Origin: Planctomycetota bacterium
GTDB lineage: Bacteria > Planctomycetota > UBA1135 > UBA2386
Direction: 5' to 3'
NCBI GenBank assembly: GCA_965223545.1
Contig: OZ245006.1
Location: 3,968,001 to 4,032,000 of the forward strand
DNA length: 64,000 bases
This document shows, piece after piece, positions 1 to 8,349 of this stretch (within the stretch, counting starts at the first letter, position 1; each line of letters opens with the position of its first letter). The notes beneath the pieces are model-generated. The model had not been told where the DNA came from. It saw only the letters and a program-made list of their open reading frames with translations, and searched no databases. The position numbers and the translations under genes are program-made.

Positions 1-2
1 GC

Positions 3-353
3 TCCGGCCGCGGCCACCGCGTTGCCGACATCGAGCGCGCGGTGGCGCTGTGCATCGAAGCCGGCTTCGTGCCGCACATCGACTTCTTGTTCGGGTTGCC
101 CGGCGAGGACCGCGAGGACGTCGAAGACACGTTGCGACTCGCCGAGCGCTTGTCGGCAGCCGGTGGCCGCATCCACGGACACACCTTCATGCCGCTGCCG
201 GGAACGCCGCTACAGGATGCACCGCCGGGCCGCATCGACCCGCACACGCATCGCCGACTGCTGCGGCTCGCCTCGCGCGGCGACCTCTACGGACAATGGG
301 AACGACAGATCGAAGTCGCGCGTTCGCTGGCCGACGGGCGCGCGAGGCGCTGA
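3..353 (+). CDS. Radical SAM protein, C-terminal part (5'-truncated by window edge); resembles B12-binding/radical SAM family
   Basis: Frame open from base 3: RGH..ADIERAV, DFLFGLPGE, HTFMPLPGTPL, YGQW motifs typical of the C-terminal half of these radical SAM proteins. Confidence 0.75.
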   Translation, partial: SGRGHRVADIERAVALCIEAGFVPHIDFLFGLPGEDREDVEDTLRLAERLSAAGGRIHGHTFMPLPGTPLQDAPPGRIDPHTHRRLLRLASRGDLYGQWERQIEVARSLADGRARR

Positions 354-470
354 CACCGGCGCGGCAGCTCCTCCCGACCATGCGTCCATCGCCGCACCCC
401 ATGGTGGACATACCCGCGCCTTCGAGGGAGCGCGATCCTCGTGTTCCGCGCGGATCGGGTCAGATACGCC

Positions 471-1433
471 TCAGCCGCTGAACGCCTCGGCCAGCAGCAG
501 CTCGCGCAGCATGCCCGCCAGCTCGGCGAGGTGGGTGCCCTGCTCGTCGACGTCCACCGCCGGGCGCGTGCGTTCGGCCATGATCGCGTAGACGACGGTG
601 CGGCCATCGCGCTCGCACCAGCCGGAGAGCACCCGACATTGTGGATCGCTGTTCAGCGCACCGGTCTTTTGGAAATGCGCGCCCCAGTTCGGGTGTTGCT
701 CCGACCACATCGCCGCGCGCACCGCGGCGGTGGTCGCCGCGTCGAGCCCGGGTACGTCGCCGCTGGCAAGGGCGCACAGCACCGCCGCCAGCGCGGCCGG
801 CGTGGCGGTGTTGTCGCCGGTCACGTCGCGGGCCGCCAACATGTAGCGCCGCGCGCGCAGACCATCACCGGCGTAGCCGCGCGCGTGGATCGCCGCGGTC
901 ATTCCCGCGGGCCCGCCCAAGACCGCGGTCGTCAGGTTGGCGGCCGCGTTGTAGACCGGGTTGGTGACGCGCACTCCGTCCGGCCCGCGGACGCTGCGCA
1001 CCATCGCCCAACCCACTTCCCGCACCGAGGCGGTGCCCAGCTGAGCACGCACGTCGGCGCGCACCGCCGCATCGAAGTGCGCGATTGCCGGATGGTCGGC
1101 ATCGGCCGCGATGTCCACGCCGCCGGGCAGCGGCGCGTCCAAGGCGTTCGCGTGGGCGGCGAACAGCTCGACCAGATACGCGGTCTTGATCGAGCTCGCA
1201 CAGGCGAGGGGCACGTCTGCCGCCAGCGCGCAGTGCGGCGTCCCGTCCGGCGCGCCGACCCACAAGCCGACGCGGACATCGGCCACGCTGCCCGCCATGC
1301 GCACGACCGGCGCCGACGGCGGCGGCGCTGGCGGCGCGCTGCAGCCCGCCGCCAACGTCAGCGCGGCGGACAGGGCGAGCGCGGTGGAGAGCGACGGTGC
1401 AGGGACGCGCCGGCGGTTCCGCGGAGTGAGCAT
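471..1433 (-). CDS. Serine hydrolase, class A beta-lactamase/PBP-like fold, probable lipoprotein
   Basis: SxxK (CASSIK), KTG (QKTGA), DNTATP motif; N-terminal hydrophobic stretch ending LAAGC lipobox; ATG at 1433 lies 20 nt after upstream stop. Confidence 0.75.
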   Translation of the reverse strand: MLTPRNRRRVPAPSLSTALALSAALTLAAGCSAPPAPPPSAPVVRMAGSVADVRVGLWVGAPDGTPHCALAADVPLACASSIKTAYLVELFAAHANALDAPLPGGVDIAADADHPAIAHFDAAVRADVRAQLGTASVREVGWAMVRSVRGPDGVRVTNPVYNAAANLTTAVLGGPAGMTAAIHARGYAGDGLRARRYMLAARDVTGDNTATPAALAAVLCALASGDVPGLDAATTAAVRAAMWSEQHPNWGAHFQKTGALNSDPQCRVLSGWCERDGRTVVYAIMAERTRPAVDVDEQGTHLAELAGMLRELLLAEAFSG

Positions 1434-1453
1434 CGACGCCGATGCTAACCGCG

Positions 1454-2485
1454 CTACGGGTCGCCGTGCGCCTCGGTCAACGCCACCAGCACCAGCCGGT
1501 CGCCGGTGTAGGGCCGGCGGCCGTGGGACAGCCGCATGTTGTCGAACAAGTGCACGTCGCCCTGCTGCCAGGGCCAGCACAGCTCCTCGGCGGCGTAGGC
1601 GGCGTTGATCTCGGCGATCGCCGCGGGGTCGATCGGGCTGCCGTCGCCGAAGTAGGTCGCGAACGGCAGGCCGGCCTCACCGAACTCGTCGAGGAGCGCG
1701 TCGCGCACCGCCGGGGCGCGCGATGAGATGTGGTAGAACGCGGCGTGGTTGAACCACAGCGGCTCGCCAGTCCGCGGGTGGTGGCGCACGGCGGGCCGCG
1801 TTTGGCAGGTGCGCAGGCGGCCGTCGGCCTTCCACTCGACCTCGATTCGATTCGCCGCGCAGAACCGCTCGACCTCGGCGCGGTCCTCGGTCTGGAACAC
1901 TTCCTGCCACGGCAGACCGAAGCCGTCGTTGTAGTTGCGCACCAGCTGCCACTGTCGGCGGGCGAACTCGGCGCGGACCGCGGGATCGATGCGCTCGTGC
2001 ACTCCGTGCACGTCGGCGATCGGCGTCTCCCCGCCGGTCGCCGCGGGAACCATGCAGGCCATGAAGGCCTTCAGCGACCACTGGCGCCAATAGCTGCCCT
2101 CGTTGTGCTGCGGCATGTGCTGGTCGGCGGGGAACACGGTCGTGCAGTACAGATTGGAGCCGTAGCTCTTGCGCGGCGTGGTCCGGTCCAGATACGGCAG
2201 TCGTGGTCCCTCCGAGACCGCGTCGACGAACGCGCCGAAGCTGCCGGGCCCGTCGCCACTGGCGACGGTGAAGCCGCGAAACAACAGCGAGCGGTGGCGC
2301 TCGAACAGGTGTTGGACGAGGTCGCTGTGCTGCGCTCCCCACTGCGCCAGATCGAGCCCGTCCACTCGGGGGCGCACGACCACGGGATAGGGCTGACCGG
2401 GCAGCAGCGGGGCGACCTCGATCAAGTCATCGGTGGCGAGGCGGACGGCGCGGCGACGGCCGGCGGGCGGAGGGGCGTGGGGCAT
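1454..2485 (-). CDS. TauD/TfdA family Fe(II)/2-oxoglutarate dioxygenase, SyrP-like
   Basis: LLFRGF, HNExSY iron ligands, GGETPIAD, WFNHAAFYH, WQQGDVHLFDNMRLSHGRRPYTGDR. Confidence 0.9.
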   Translation of the reverse strand: MPHAPPPAGRRRAVRLATDDLIEVAPLLPGQPYPVVVRPRVDGLDLAQWGAQHSDLVQHLFERHRSLLFRGFTVASGDGPGSFGAFVDAVSEGPRLPYLDRTTPRKSYGSNLYCTTVFPADQHMPQHNEGSYWRQWSLKAFMACMVPAATGGETPIADVHGVHERIDPAVRAEFARRQWQLVRNYNDGFGLPWQEVFQTEDRAEVERFCAANRIEVEWKADGRLRTCQTRPAVRHHPRTGEPLWFNHAAFYHISSRAPAVRDALLDEFGEAGLPFATYFGDGSPIDPAAIAEINAAYAAEELCWPWQQGDVHLFDNMRLSHGRRPYTGDRLVLVALTEAHGDP

Positions 2486-2518
2486 GGCGTGGCGAAAGAA
2501 GGGCTCCGAGGTCGCCGA

Positions 2519-2550
2519 ACCCTATCGAGCGCCGCTTACGCTCGACTTAC
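2519..2550 (-). promoter_or_regulatory. Putative SARP-type direct-repeat box plus -10 element for the tauD-like gene
   Basis: Minus strand GTAAGTC-N4-GTAAGCG-N8-TAGGGT; same motif and spacing found upstream of the JmjC gene. Confidence 0.55.
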
Positions 2551-4145
2551 GCGCCGGGGACGTCGAGCAGACCGGCGATCCGCCGCGTCGCCGCCATGGG
2601 CGAGATCCCCAGGGCGCACTGCAGCGCGTCGCAGCACGCCTGATACTGGTCGAGCGCCTCGGCACGGCGACCCTGGTCGGCCAACGCTTGGATCAAGCTC
2701 TGATGCAAGTCCTCGCGCAGTGGATCGATCGCGACGCCGCGGCGCAGTGTGGTGATCGCGCATTCAGGCTCACCAAGCCGCAGAGCGGCGTCGCTCAGCA
2801 GCGCGACGATCTCCAACGCGCGCCGGCGCTGATTGACACGCTCGGCCGCCAGCCAATCGCCCTCCTCGCCGGCGAAGAGATCGCCGCGGTACAGCTCCAG
2901 TGCCCGCTGCCAATGATCCACGGCTGCCCGAAGCTGACCCGCCCGGACCGCGCCGTTGGCCGCCGCGGCACGCTCGGCGGCGGCCTGCAGATCGGTCCAG
3001 ATCGGAGCATCGACGCGCAGGGCGTAGCCGTCTGCGGAGCCGTCGATGAACTCGCGCACCCCCGACTCCGTTCCCGCCAGACCCTGCCGGAGCGCGTGCA
3101 CGACGCCGTGCAGCCGGTTGGCCCCGGGCGCGCCCTCGACCTCGGGCCAGAGTCGTTCGACCAGCGTGCTGCGCGGCAATGGAGTGCCCCGGGCCAAGAC
3201 CAACATCTGCAACAACGAGCGCGCCTTGCGCCGGCGGAAGGCGGAGTCCGCCATCGGCACGCCGTCGACCGCGACCTCGAACTCACCGAGACAGCGCGCT
3301 TCCAAGCCGCCCCGCGGTTGCGCCGCCACGCGCGCGGAGCGCACGGAGGACGCCGTCCCGGTCAGCGCCTCGACCACCGGCAGATCGCGGCCCGTCGTCG
3401 CCGGCACGGCATCGCCGTAATCCAAGACCAACCGGGCACCAGGCGACGGCAGCGGGATGCAGCACGGCGACCGCACGCCAACGGCCATCCGGCGGCACGC
3501 GGCGGGCCAGTCGCGACGCGGGCCGCACAGCTGCTGCACGGTGCCGGTCTCGACAGCAGGGCACTGCGCCGCGGCGGCTCCCCCACGACACGCAGCGGCG
3601 ACCCCGCCCTCGGCGACGACGTCGTCGGCCGCGATCCAGGTGACCGACGCGGCGCCGGTGGCGGCCGCAACGCTCTTCAGCAAGACGCGCGTTTCGTCGC
3701 GCGCACTTTGCTCTTCGGCCATCGCCCGCTGCAGCTCTGCTTCGAGCTCTTCGAGCCGGCTGCGTAGCGCGGCGCTGATCATCCGCGCCGCGACACCGAG
3801 CAAACGCGGTGGACGCGCGGGGCTCGGTTGCTCGCCCGTCCACGCGACCACGACCTCGCCGATCGCGGTGTTGGAACCGCCGAGCGGCTGCCGCGCCACC
3901 CCGCGCGCGCTCGGCGCGTGATCGTCCGACAGAGGGGCCGCTTTGGCGGGCACGCGGAACACGGTGACTGCCGACGGCACTGCGTCGCTCGACGGCCGTG
4001 CCCGCAACCGCAGCTCGACCACCGTCGCGCCCAGCGCGCGCCGCAGTAGCTTGGCCGCGCGCTCCAGTCCCTGCATCGGCGGGCCGTCGTCGAGGGCGTC
4101 GACGATGGCGCCGATCCAAGCCTGTTCGCGGCGAGAGGCAGCCAT
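2547..4145 (-). CDS. SARP/AfsR-type transcriptional regulator (N-terminal GAF-like/Cys-rich sensor, winged helix, BTAD)
   Basis: CLGEFEVAVDG..KARSLL..L..LWPE..L...VHALR winged helix; ALELYRGDLF..W..ER..DPLREDLHQSLIQALADQGRRAEALDQYQ..LGISP BTAD. Confidence 0.88.
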   Translation of the reverse strand: MAASRREQAWIGAIVDALDDGPPMQGLERAAKLLRRALGATVVELRLRARPSSDAVPSAVTVFRVPAKAAPLSDDHAPSARGVARQPLGGSNTAIGEVVVAWTGEQPSPARPPRLLGVAARMISAALRSRLEELEAELQRAMAEEQSARDETRVLLKSVAAATGAASVTWIAADDVVAEGGVAAACRGGAAAAQCPAVETGTVQQLCGPRRDWPAACRRMAVGVRSPCCIPLPSPGARLVLDYGDAVPATTGRDLPVVEALTGTASSVRSARVAAQPRGGLEARCLGEFEVAVDGVPMADSAFRRRKARSLLQMLVLARGTPLPRSTLVERLWPEVEGAPGANRLHGVVHALRQGLAGTESGVREFIDGSADGYALRVDAPIWTDLQAAAERAAAANGAVRAGQLRAAVDHWQRALELYRGDLFAGEEGDWLAAERVNQRRRALEIVALLSDAALRLGEPECAITTLRRGVAIDPLREDLHQSLIQALADQGRRAEALDQYQACCDALQCALGISPMAATRRIAGLLDVPGA

Positions 4146-4222
4146 TCGCAAGGAGTCTAGCTGGTCTTCGCCGATCCGGCAGGGCCCTTCGATCCCCCGC
4201 GCAGTCTCCAGTGCACGTGAGG

Positions 4223-4276
4223 GTAGCCCAGCGATCTGATCGCGGTAAGCGCCGGGTAAGCGCGCGCGGATACAGA
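4223..4276 (+). promoter_or_regulatory. Putative SARP-type direct-repeat box plus -10-like element for the JmjC gene
   Basis: GTAAGCG (4245-4251) N4 GTAAGCG (4256-4262) N8 TACAGA; degenerate copy GTAGCCC 22 nt upstream at 4223. Confidence 0.55.
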
Positions 4277-4331
4277 TCTCTCACCAACAACGCGCAAACA
4301 CGCCATGGACCCCGCCCCGCGAGTGCATCCG

Positions 4332-5258
4332 ATGACCGTCACCGAACCCTCGATCACCAAGATCGAACGCATCCACGCCCCGAGCCGCCGCCAGTTCACG
4401 AAAGAGTTCGTCGAGCAACGCAAGCCGGTGATCATCACCGGCGTCGCCGATCAGTGGCGCGCGTTTCGCGATTGGACGCCCGACCGTCTGAAGCGCGTCG
4501 CCGGCGACGCCGAGGTCGCCGTGCACTACAACGCGCGCGGCAGCTTCCACGACTGGTACACGAACCCGACCGCGCGCGAAGACCGGCGCATGAAGCTCGC
4601 CGACGTGATCGACATCATGCGCGGACCGCGCGAGCGCGCGCACCACTACTACATGACCGAGCACTTGCTGGCCGAGATCTCGGCCGAGCTGTGCAACGAC
4701 TTGTCGGTCGGCAGCTTGATCGACGAGCGTCCGGTCCGCGGCGTCTGTACCGGCCCGACCTTCTTCTTCGGCTGCGACACGAGCATGCCGGCGCACTATC
4801 ACTCGACCACGGAGGCGTTCATGTGCCAGCTGCAGGGCACCAAGCAGGTGATCCTGCACGCGCCCGAGCAGACGCCCAACCTGTATCCGCTGCCGTGGTA
4901 TGCGCCGGGCTACAACTTCAGCCAGGTCGATTGGTTCCGTGACCACATCTGGAAGAACGTGGACTACGAGCGGTTCCCGCTGGTCAAGCGCGCCGAAGCG
5001 CTGGAGTTCACCGTGCACCCCGGTGAGATCTTGTTCATTCCGATCCACTGGTGGCACGTGACCAACGTCGACGGCTACCAGCTGTCCATCACCTACTTCT
5101 TCAAGTCGGATCGCAGCCGCTGGTGCTATCCACACCCGGGGCGCGAAGTCGAGAACCACGAGGCCTACCGCTCGTTCCGCGAGCGACGCGCAGCGGAGGG
5201 CAAACCGGTGCCAGAGGGCAGGGCCGGCCTGACGCTGTACGAACGCATGCACCTTTGA
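4332..5258 (+). CDS. JmjC/cupin-like (Cupin_8) Fe(II)/2OG oxygenase
   Basis: RKPVIITG..W.A..W, QLQGTKQVIL..P..LYP, NFSQVD, PGEILFIP.HWWHV; alternative ATG at 4305. Confidence 0.88.
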   Translation: MTVTEPSITKIERIHAPSRRQFTKEFVEQRKPVIITGVADQWRAFRDWTPDRLKRVAGDAEVAVHYNARGSFHDWYTNPTAREDRRMKLADVIDIMRGPRERAHHYYMTEHLLAEISAELCNDLSVGSLIDERPVRGVCTGPTFFFGCDTSMPAHYHSTTEAFMCQLQGTKQVILHAPEQTPNLYPLPWYAPGYNFSQVDWFRDHIWKNVDYERFPLVKRAEALEFTVHPGEILFIPIHWWHVTNVDGYQLSITYFFKSDRSRWCYPHPGREVENHEAYRSFRERRAAEGKPVPEGRAGLTLYERMHL

Positions 5259-5375
5259 GCCGCCGGCGCCACGAGTCTTCGAGCTTCGACAACATTTTCG
5301 AGGCGACGCCGCCGACATGGCAACGTCGCCGCCGCGCCGGAGGCTCGGAGAGACAGTGCCTCCGGGCTCAGCGCG
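5256..5375 (+). repeat. ~120-bp structured dispersed repeat (REP/BIME- or MITE-like), copy 1
   Basis: Matches the reverse complement of 53717-53836 with about 6 mismatches; closed by TGAGCC...GGCTCA; internal stems GGCGACG/CGTCGCC and CCGGAGGC/GCCTCCGG. Confidence 0.9.
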
Positions 5376-5477
5376 CGCTCCCGCCGCTGGCATCGATCCA
5401 ACGACGATCCGACGCACCTCCAACCCACCGGGCGCACGCTTGCCGCCGCCGCCGACTGTGCGTACCCTTGCGGCGCG

Positions 5478-6401
5478 ATGGATTTCGAGCGCGGCGGCGA
5501 CGGGAGCGAAACGCTCGTAGTCGCAGACACTTACGAGCACGCTGACGACCTCGTCCGAGCCGGGGTCGACAGCGCGCACATCGTCGTCAGCAAGGACGCC
5601 GACCAAGCCGCCGCCCTCCAGCACGCCCGGGAGGGCCTGCGCGCGGGGCGCGGGCCTCTGCCACTGCGCCCGTTCGCGCCGGGCGTGCGCTGCCTGGTCG
5701 TGCTGCCGACCTACAACGAGGCCGCCAATCTCGACCGCGTCGTCGCCGATATCCTGGCTTACCTCAGCACCGACCTGCTGATCGTCGACGACGGCTCGCC
5801 GGACGGAACCGGCGCGATTGCCGACCGACTCGCCGCGGCGGATCGGCGCATCCGCGTGTTGCACCGCCAGGGCAAGCAGGGGCTCGGCACCGCCTATCTA
5901 GCCGGTTTTGCCCGCGCCATCGCCGAGGACTATGGCCTGGTGTTCGAGATGGACGCCGACTTCAGCCACCCGCCCTGGGACCTGCCGCGGCTCGCCGCGT
6001 TCGGCCGCCACGCCGATCTCGTCATCGGCAGCCGCTATGTGCGCGGCGGCAGCACCTTGGGTTGGGACATGCGCCGCCGGCTGCTATCGCGCGGCGCCAA
6101 CCTGTACGCGCGCACGCTGTTGACGCTGGGGGTGCGCGACACCACCGCGGGCTTCCGCTGCTTCGCCGTCGACAAGCTGGCCCAGCTCGATCTCTCGAGG
6201 GTTCACGCCGAGGGCTACGCCTTTCAAGTGGAGATGGCGTATCGCATGCGTCGGGCGGGATTCCGCATCCTCGAAGTGCCGATCCACTTCACCGACCGCC
6301 AGGTCGGCGACAGCAAGATGGATGGCCGGATCGCGCGCGAGGCCATCCGGCTCGTGCCCGCACTCCGGCTGCGGGTCCGGCGCAACAACGTCTTGCGCTG
6401 A
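5478..6401 (+). CDS. Polyprenol monophosphomannose synthase (GT2, DPM1/Ppm1-like)
   Basis: VVLPTYNEA.N, VDDGSPDGT, GLGTAYLAGF, EMDADFSH, GSRYV.GG, GYAFQVEM, EVPIHFTDR..G.SKM; alternative GTG at 5685. Confidence 0.9.
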   Translation: MDFERGGDGSETLVVADTYEHADDLVRAGVDSAHIVVSKDADQAAALQHAREGLRAGRGPLPLRPFAPGVRCLVVLPTYNEAANLDRVVADILAYLSTDLLIVDDGSPDGTGAIADRLAAADRRIRVLHRQGKQGLGTAYLAGFARAIAEDYGLVFEMDADFSHPPWDLPRLAAFGRHADLVIGSRYVRGGSTLGWDMRRRLLSRGANLYARTLLTLGVRDTTAGFRCFAVDKLAQLDLSRVHAEGYAFQVEMAYRMRRAGFRILEVPIHFTDRQVGDSKMDGRIAREAIRLVPALRLRVRRNNVLR

Positions 6402-6438
6402 CCAAGCGCGGGCCCGAGACCCGAGCACCGGGTCGCGA

Positions 6439-7242
6439 TCAGCCGCGACGCTCGCGCCGCTCGAAGTCCTGCGGCTCGACCCGGAAGAAGTCGTAGACGC
6501 GCTTGCGAAACGCGGCCTTGCCCAGGTCCGACGCCTCACTGAGCCGGGGGGCGAGGACCAGGGAGCGCGCCATCGTCTGCAGCCGGAGCTCGCTGCGGCC
6601 GTTGTTGCCGGGTGCGCGCAGCGCGTTCCAGGGCAGGACACAGCAGCGCGTGGTCAGGCTGGTCTTGCCGACCAGCCGCGGCGGCACCGCGACCACGGCG
6701 AACGCCGCCTCGGCGGCGGCGGGAGCGATCACCAGTGCACTGGGCGCGCCGATCACCTGGTCGCCGGCGACCACCTGCCAGCGCGACAGCTCGGAGGCGT
6801 GCAGCAGGCCCGAGCCATCGGCGGGGCGCCCGCCAACTCCGGCACGCAACGCCGGCCGGCTGCGCGGCGCGGGCCGCTGGGCGGTCGGCATCCGCCCCAG
6901 GTCGGCGGCCGACAACGCGATGCTGAAGCCCTCTCGGTCCGGCACGTAGGACAGCAGCTTCCAGGGCACGACCACACCCCGCTCGGTCTCGGGCAGGGCG
7001 AGCACGGCCGAGCACAGCCGCCCACTGCGCGCGTTGATCGTCAGATCGACGATCCGCGCCACCACCGCGGGGCTGTCATTCCGAGTGACGGTGGCGCCCA
7101 GAATGCTCCGGTGGTCCAGCAACACCGCCGGCGGCTCGGCCCCAGCGCTGCTTGCGGGGCCTTGGCCGAAGGCGACGCCCACCAGCAGCGCCCAACAGGG
7201 AAGCGACGTCAGAGCCAAGCGCACAGCGCGTCGTGTAGCCAT
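6439..7242 (-). CDS. Exported protein with two PRC-barrel-like domains
   Basis: Signal peptide ending AFG-Q; repeated pattern ILGATV...IVDL.I..RSG...VVVPW..L and ASEL...V..IG...L.I...FAVV...LPWNAL; C-terminal VYDFF. Confidence 0.65.
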   Translation of the reverse strand: MATRRAVRLALTSLPCWALLVGVAFGQGPASSAGAEPPAVLLDHRSILGATVTRNDSPAVVARIVDLTINARSGRLCSAVLALPETERGVVVPWKLLSYVPDREGFSIALSAADLGRMPTAQRPAPRSRPALRAGVGGRPADGSGLLHASELSRWQVVAGDQVIGAPSALVIAPAAAEAAFAVVAVPPRLVGKTSLTTRCCVLPWNALRAPGNNGRSELRLQTMARSLVLAPRLSEASDLGKAAFRKRVYDFFRVEPQDFERRERRG

Positions 7243-7370
7243 CCGTGTCCTCATATCGCCCATGGGAAGGGCTCGGCCGTCAAGACCGGGCGTCCGCCCC
7301 GGTGTTAGCCTCTCCTCCCGGTTGCCGACCCCTCCCCGACGTCAGCGTCGAGGCGGCACCGGCGTCTCGA

Positions 7371-7718
7371 TCATTTCGTCGCGGTTTCGATGTTCGCGGC
7401 GCGTCCGCGACCCCCGCGGGTCGAGTCCACGTCCAATCCGTCCACTCCGCGCTCGCTCGAGTCCAACGGCACCACCTTCTCGGTGGGGATTCCGTCGGCG
7501 AGCGCCGGCTCGGCCGGGCCACCGCCGGCGGGAGCGCGGAACGCCAACCACAGCACCAGACCCGCCGCCGCGGCCATCAGGGTCGCGACCGCGACGGAGC
7601 CCGCCTTGGGCAGCCGGGCGGACGGAGAGTAGCGCTTGGACTCGAGAGCTGCCTCGAGCTCGGCGACGAACGGATCCACCGGCCGCGCGCGACTGTCCCA
7701 CAGATAATCGTCACTCAT
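7371..7718 (-). CDS. Putative short single-pass anti-sigma factor
   Basis: Overlaps stop of the ECF sigma; N-terminal DDYLWD..P.DP.VA.LE..L motif followed by one TM helix (VAVATLMAAAAGLVLWLAF). Confidence 0.6.
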   Translation of the reverse strand: MSDDYLWDSRARPVDPFVAELEAALESKRYSPSARLPKAGSVAVATLMAAAAGLVLWLAFRAPAGGGPAEPALADGIPTEKVVPLDSSERGVDGLDVDSTRGGRGRAANIETATK

Positions 7719-8349
7719 CGCTGTTCTCCCAGGGCCGCAGCCGGCGGCGCAGGATCTTCATTCCTCGACACAGATTGACGCGCACGGAGCCCTCGGTCAT
7801 GCCGACGTGCTGCGCGATCTCCGCGCCGGACATCTCCAGCAAGAGACGCAAGATCAGCGGCTCCCGATAGCACTCGGGCATGCCGCGCAGCTGGTGCAGG
7901 ATCTCGTCCGCTTCGAGCGGATCACCGCTCGGCGGAGCCGCCACCGCCTCGGCCTCGGCCAACGGCAGCGAGCGCCGCTGCCGCCGAACCGCGAGCGCAT
8001 TCCGTCCCATGTTGCGCGCGATCGCGCACAGCCATGAGGGGAAGCTCTCGGGGTTCTTCAGCGAACCGATGGCGGACAGCGCCGAAACGGCGACCTCCTG
8101 CATCAGATCCTCGGCCTCGGCATCGGGCACCATGCTCAGCAAGATCGCGTGCACCGTCGGTGCATAGCGATCCCACAGGCGATCGAACGCCTTGCGGTTG
8201 CCTTGCCGGGCGCGCTCGACGAGCGCCACCGGCCCGCGTCTGGCCTCCGCGCCGGCGTCGTCGCCACGGGAGCCGCGCACGAGCGCACGCCGAAAACTCC
8301 GGCGTCCCGAGCGAGAGTCATCGCCGAACGGCAGTGCGCTTGCGGGCAT
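7711..8349 (-). CDS. ECF RNA polymerase sigma factor
   Basis: Region 2 (AFDRLWDRY..AEDLMQEV..FPSWLCAIARN) and region 4 (PECYREPLILR..MSGAEIA...GSVRVNLCRG); start uncertain. Confidence 0.9.
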   Translation of the reverse strand: MPASALPFGDDSRSGRRSFRRALVRGSRGDDAGAEARRGPVALVERARQGNRKAFDRLWDRYAPTVHAILLSMVPDAEAEDLMQEVAVSALSAIGSLKNPESFPSWLCAIARNMGRNALAVRRQRRSLPLAEAEAVAAPPSGDPLEADEILHQLRGMPECYREPLILRLLLEMSGAEIAQHVGMTEGSVRVNLCRGMKILRRRLRPWENSDE

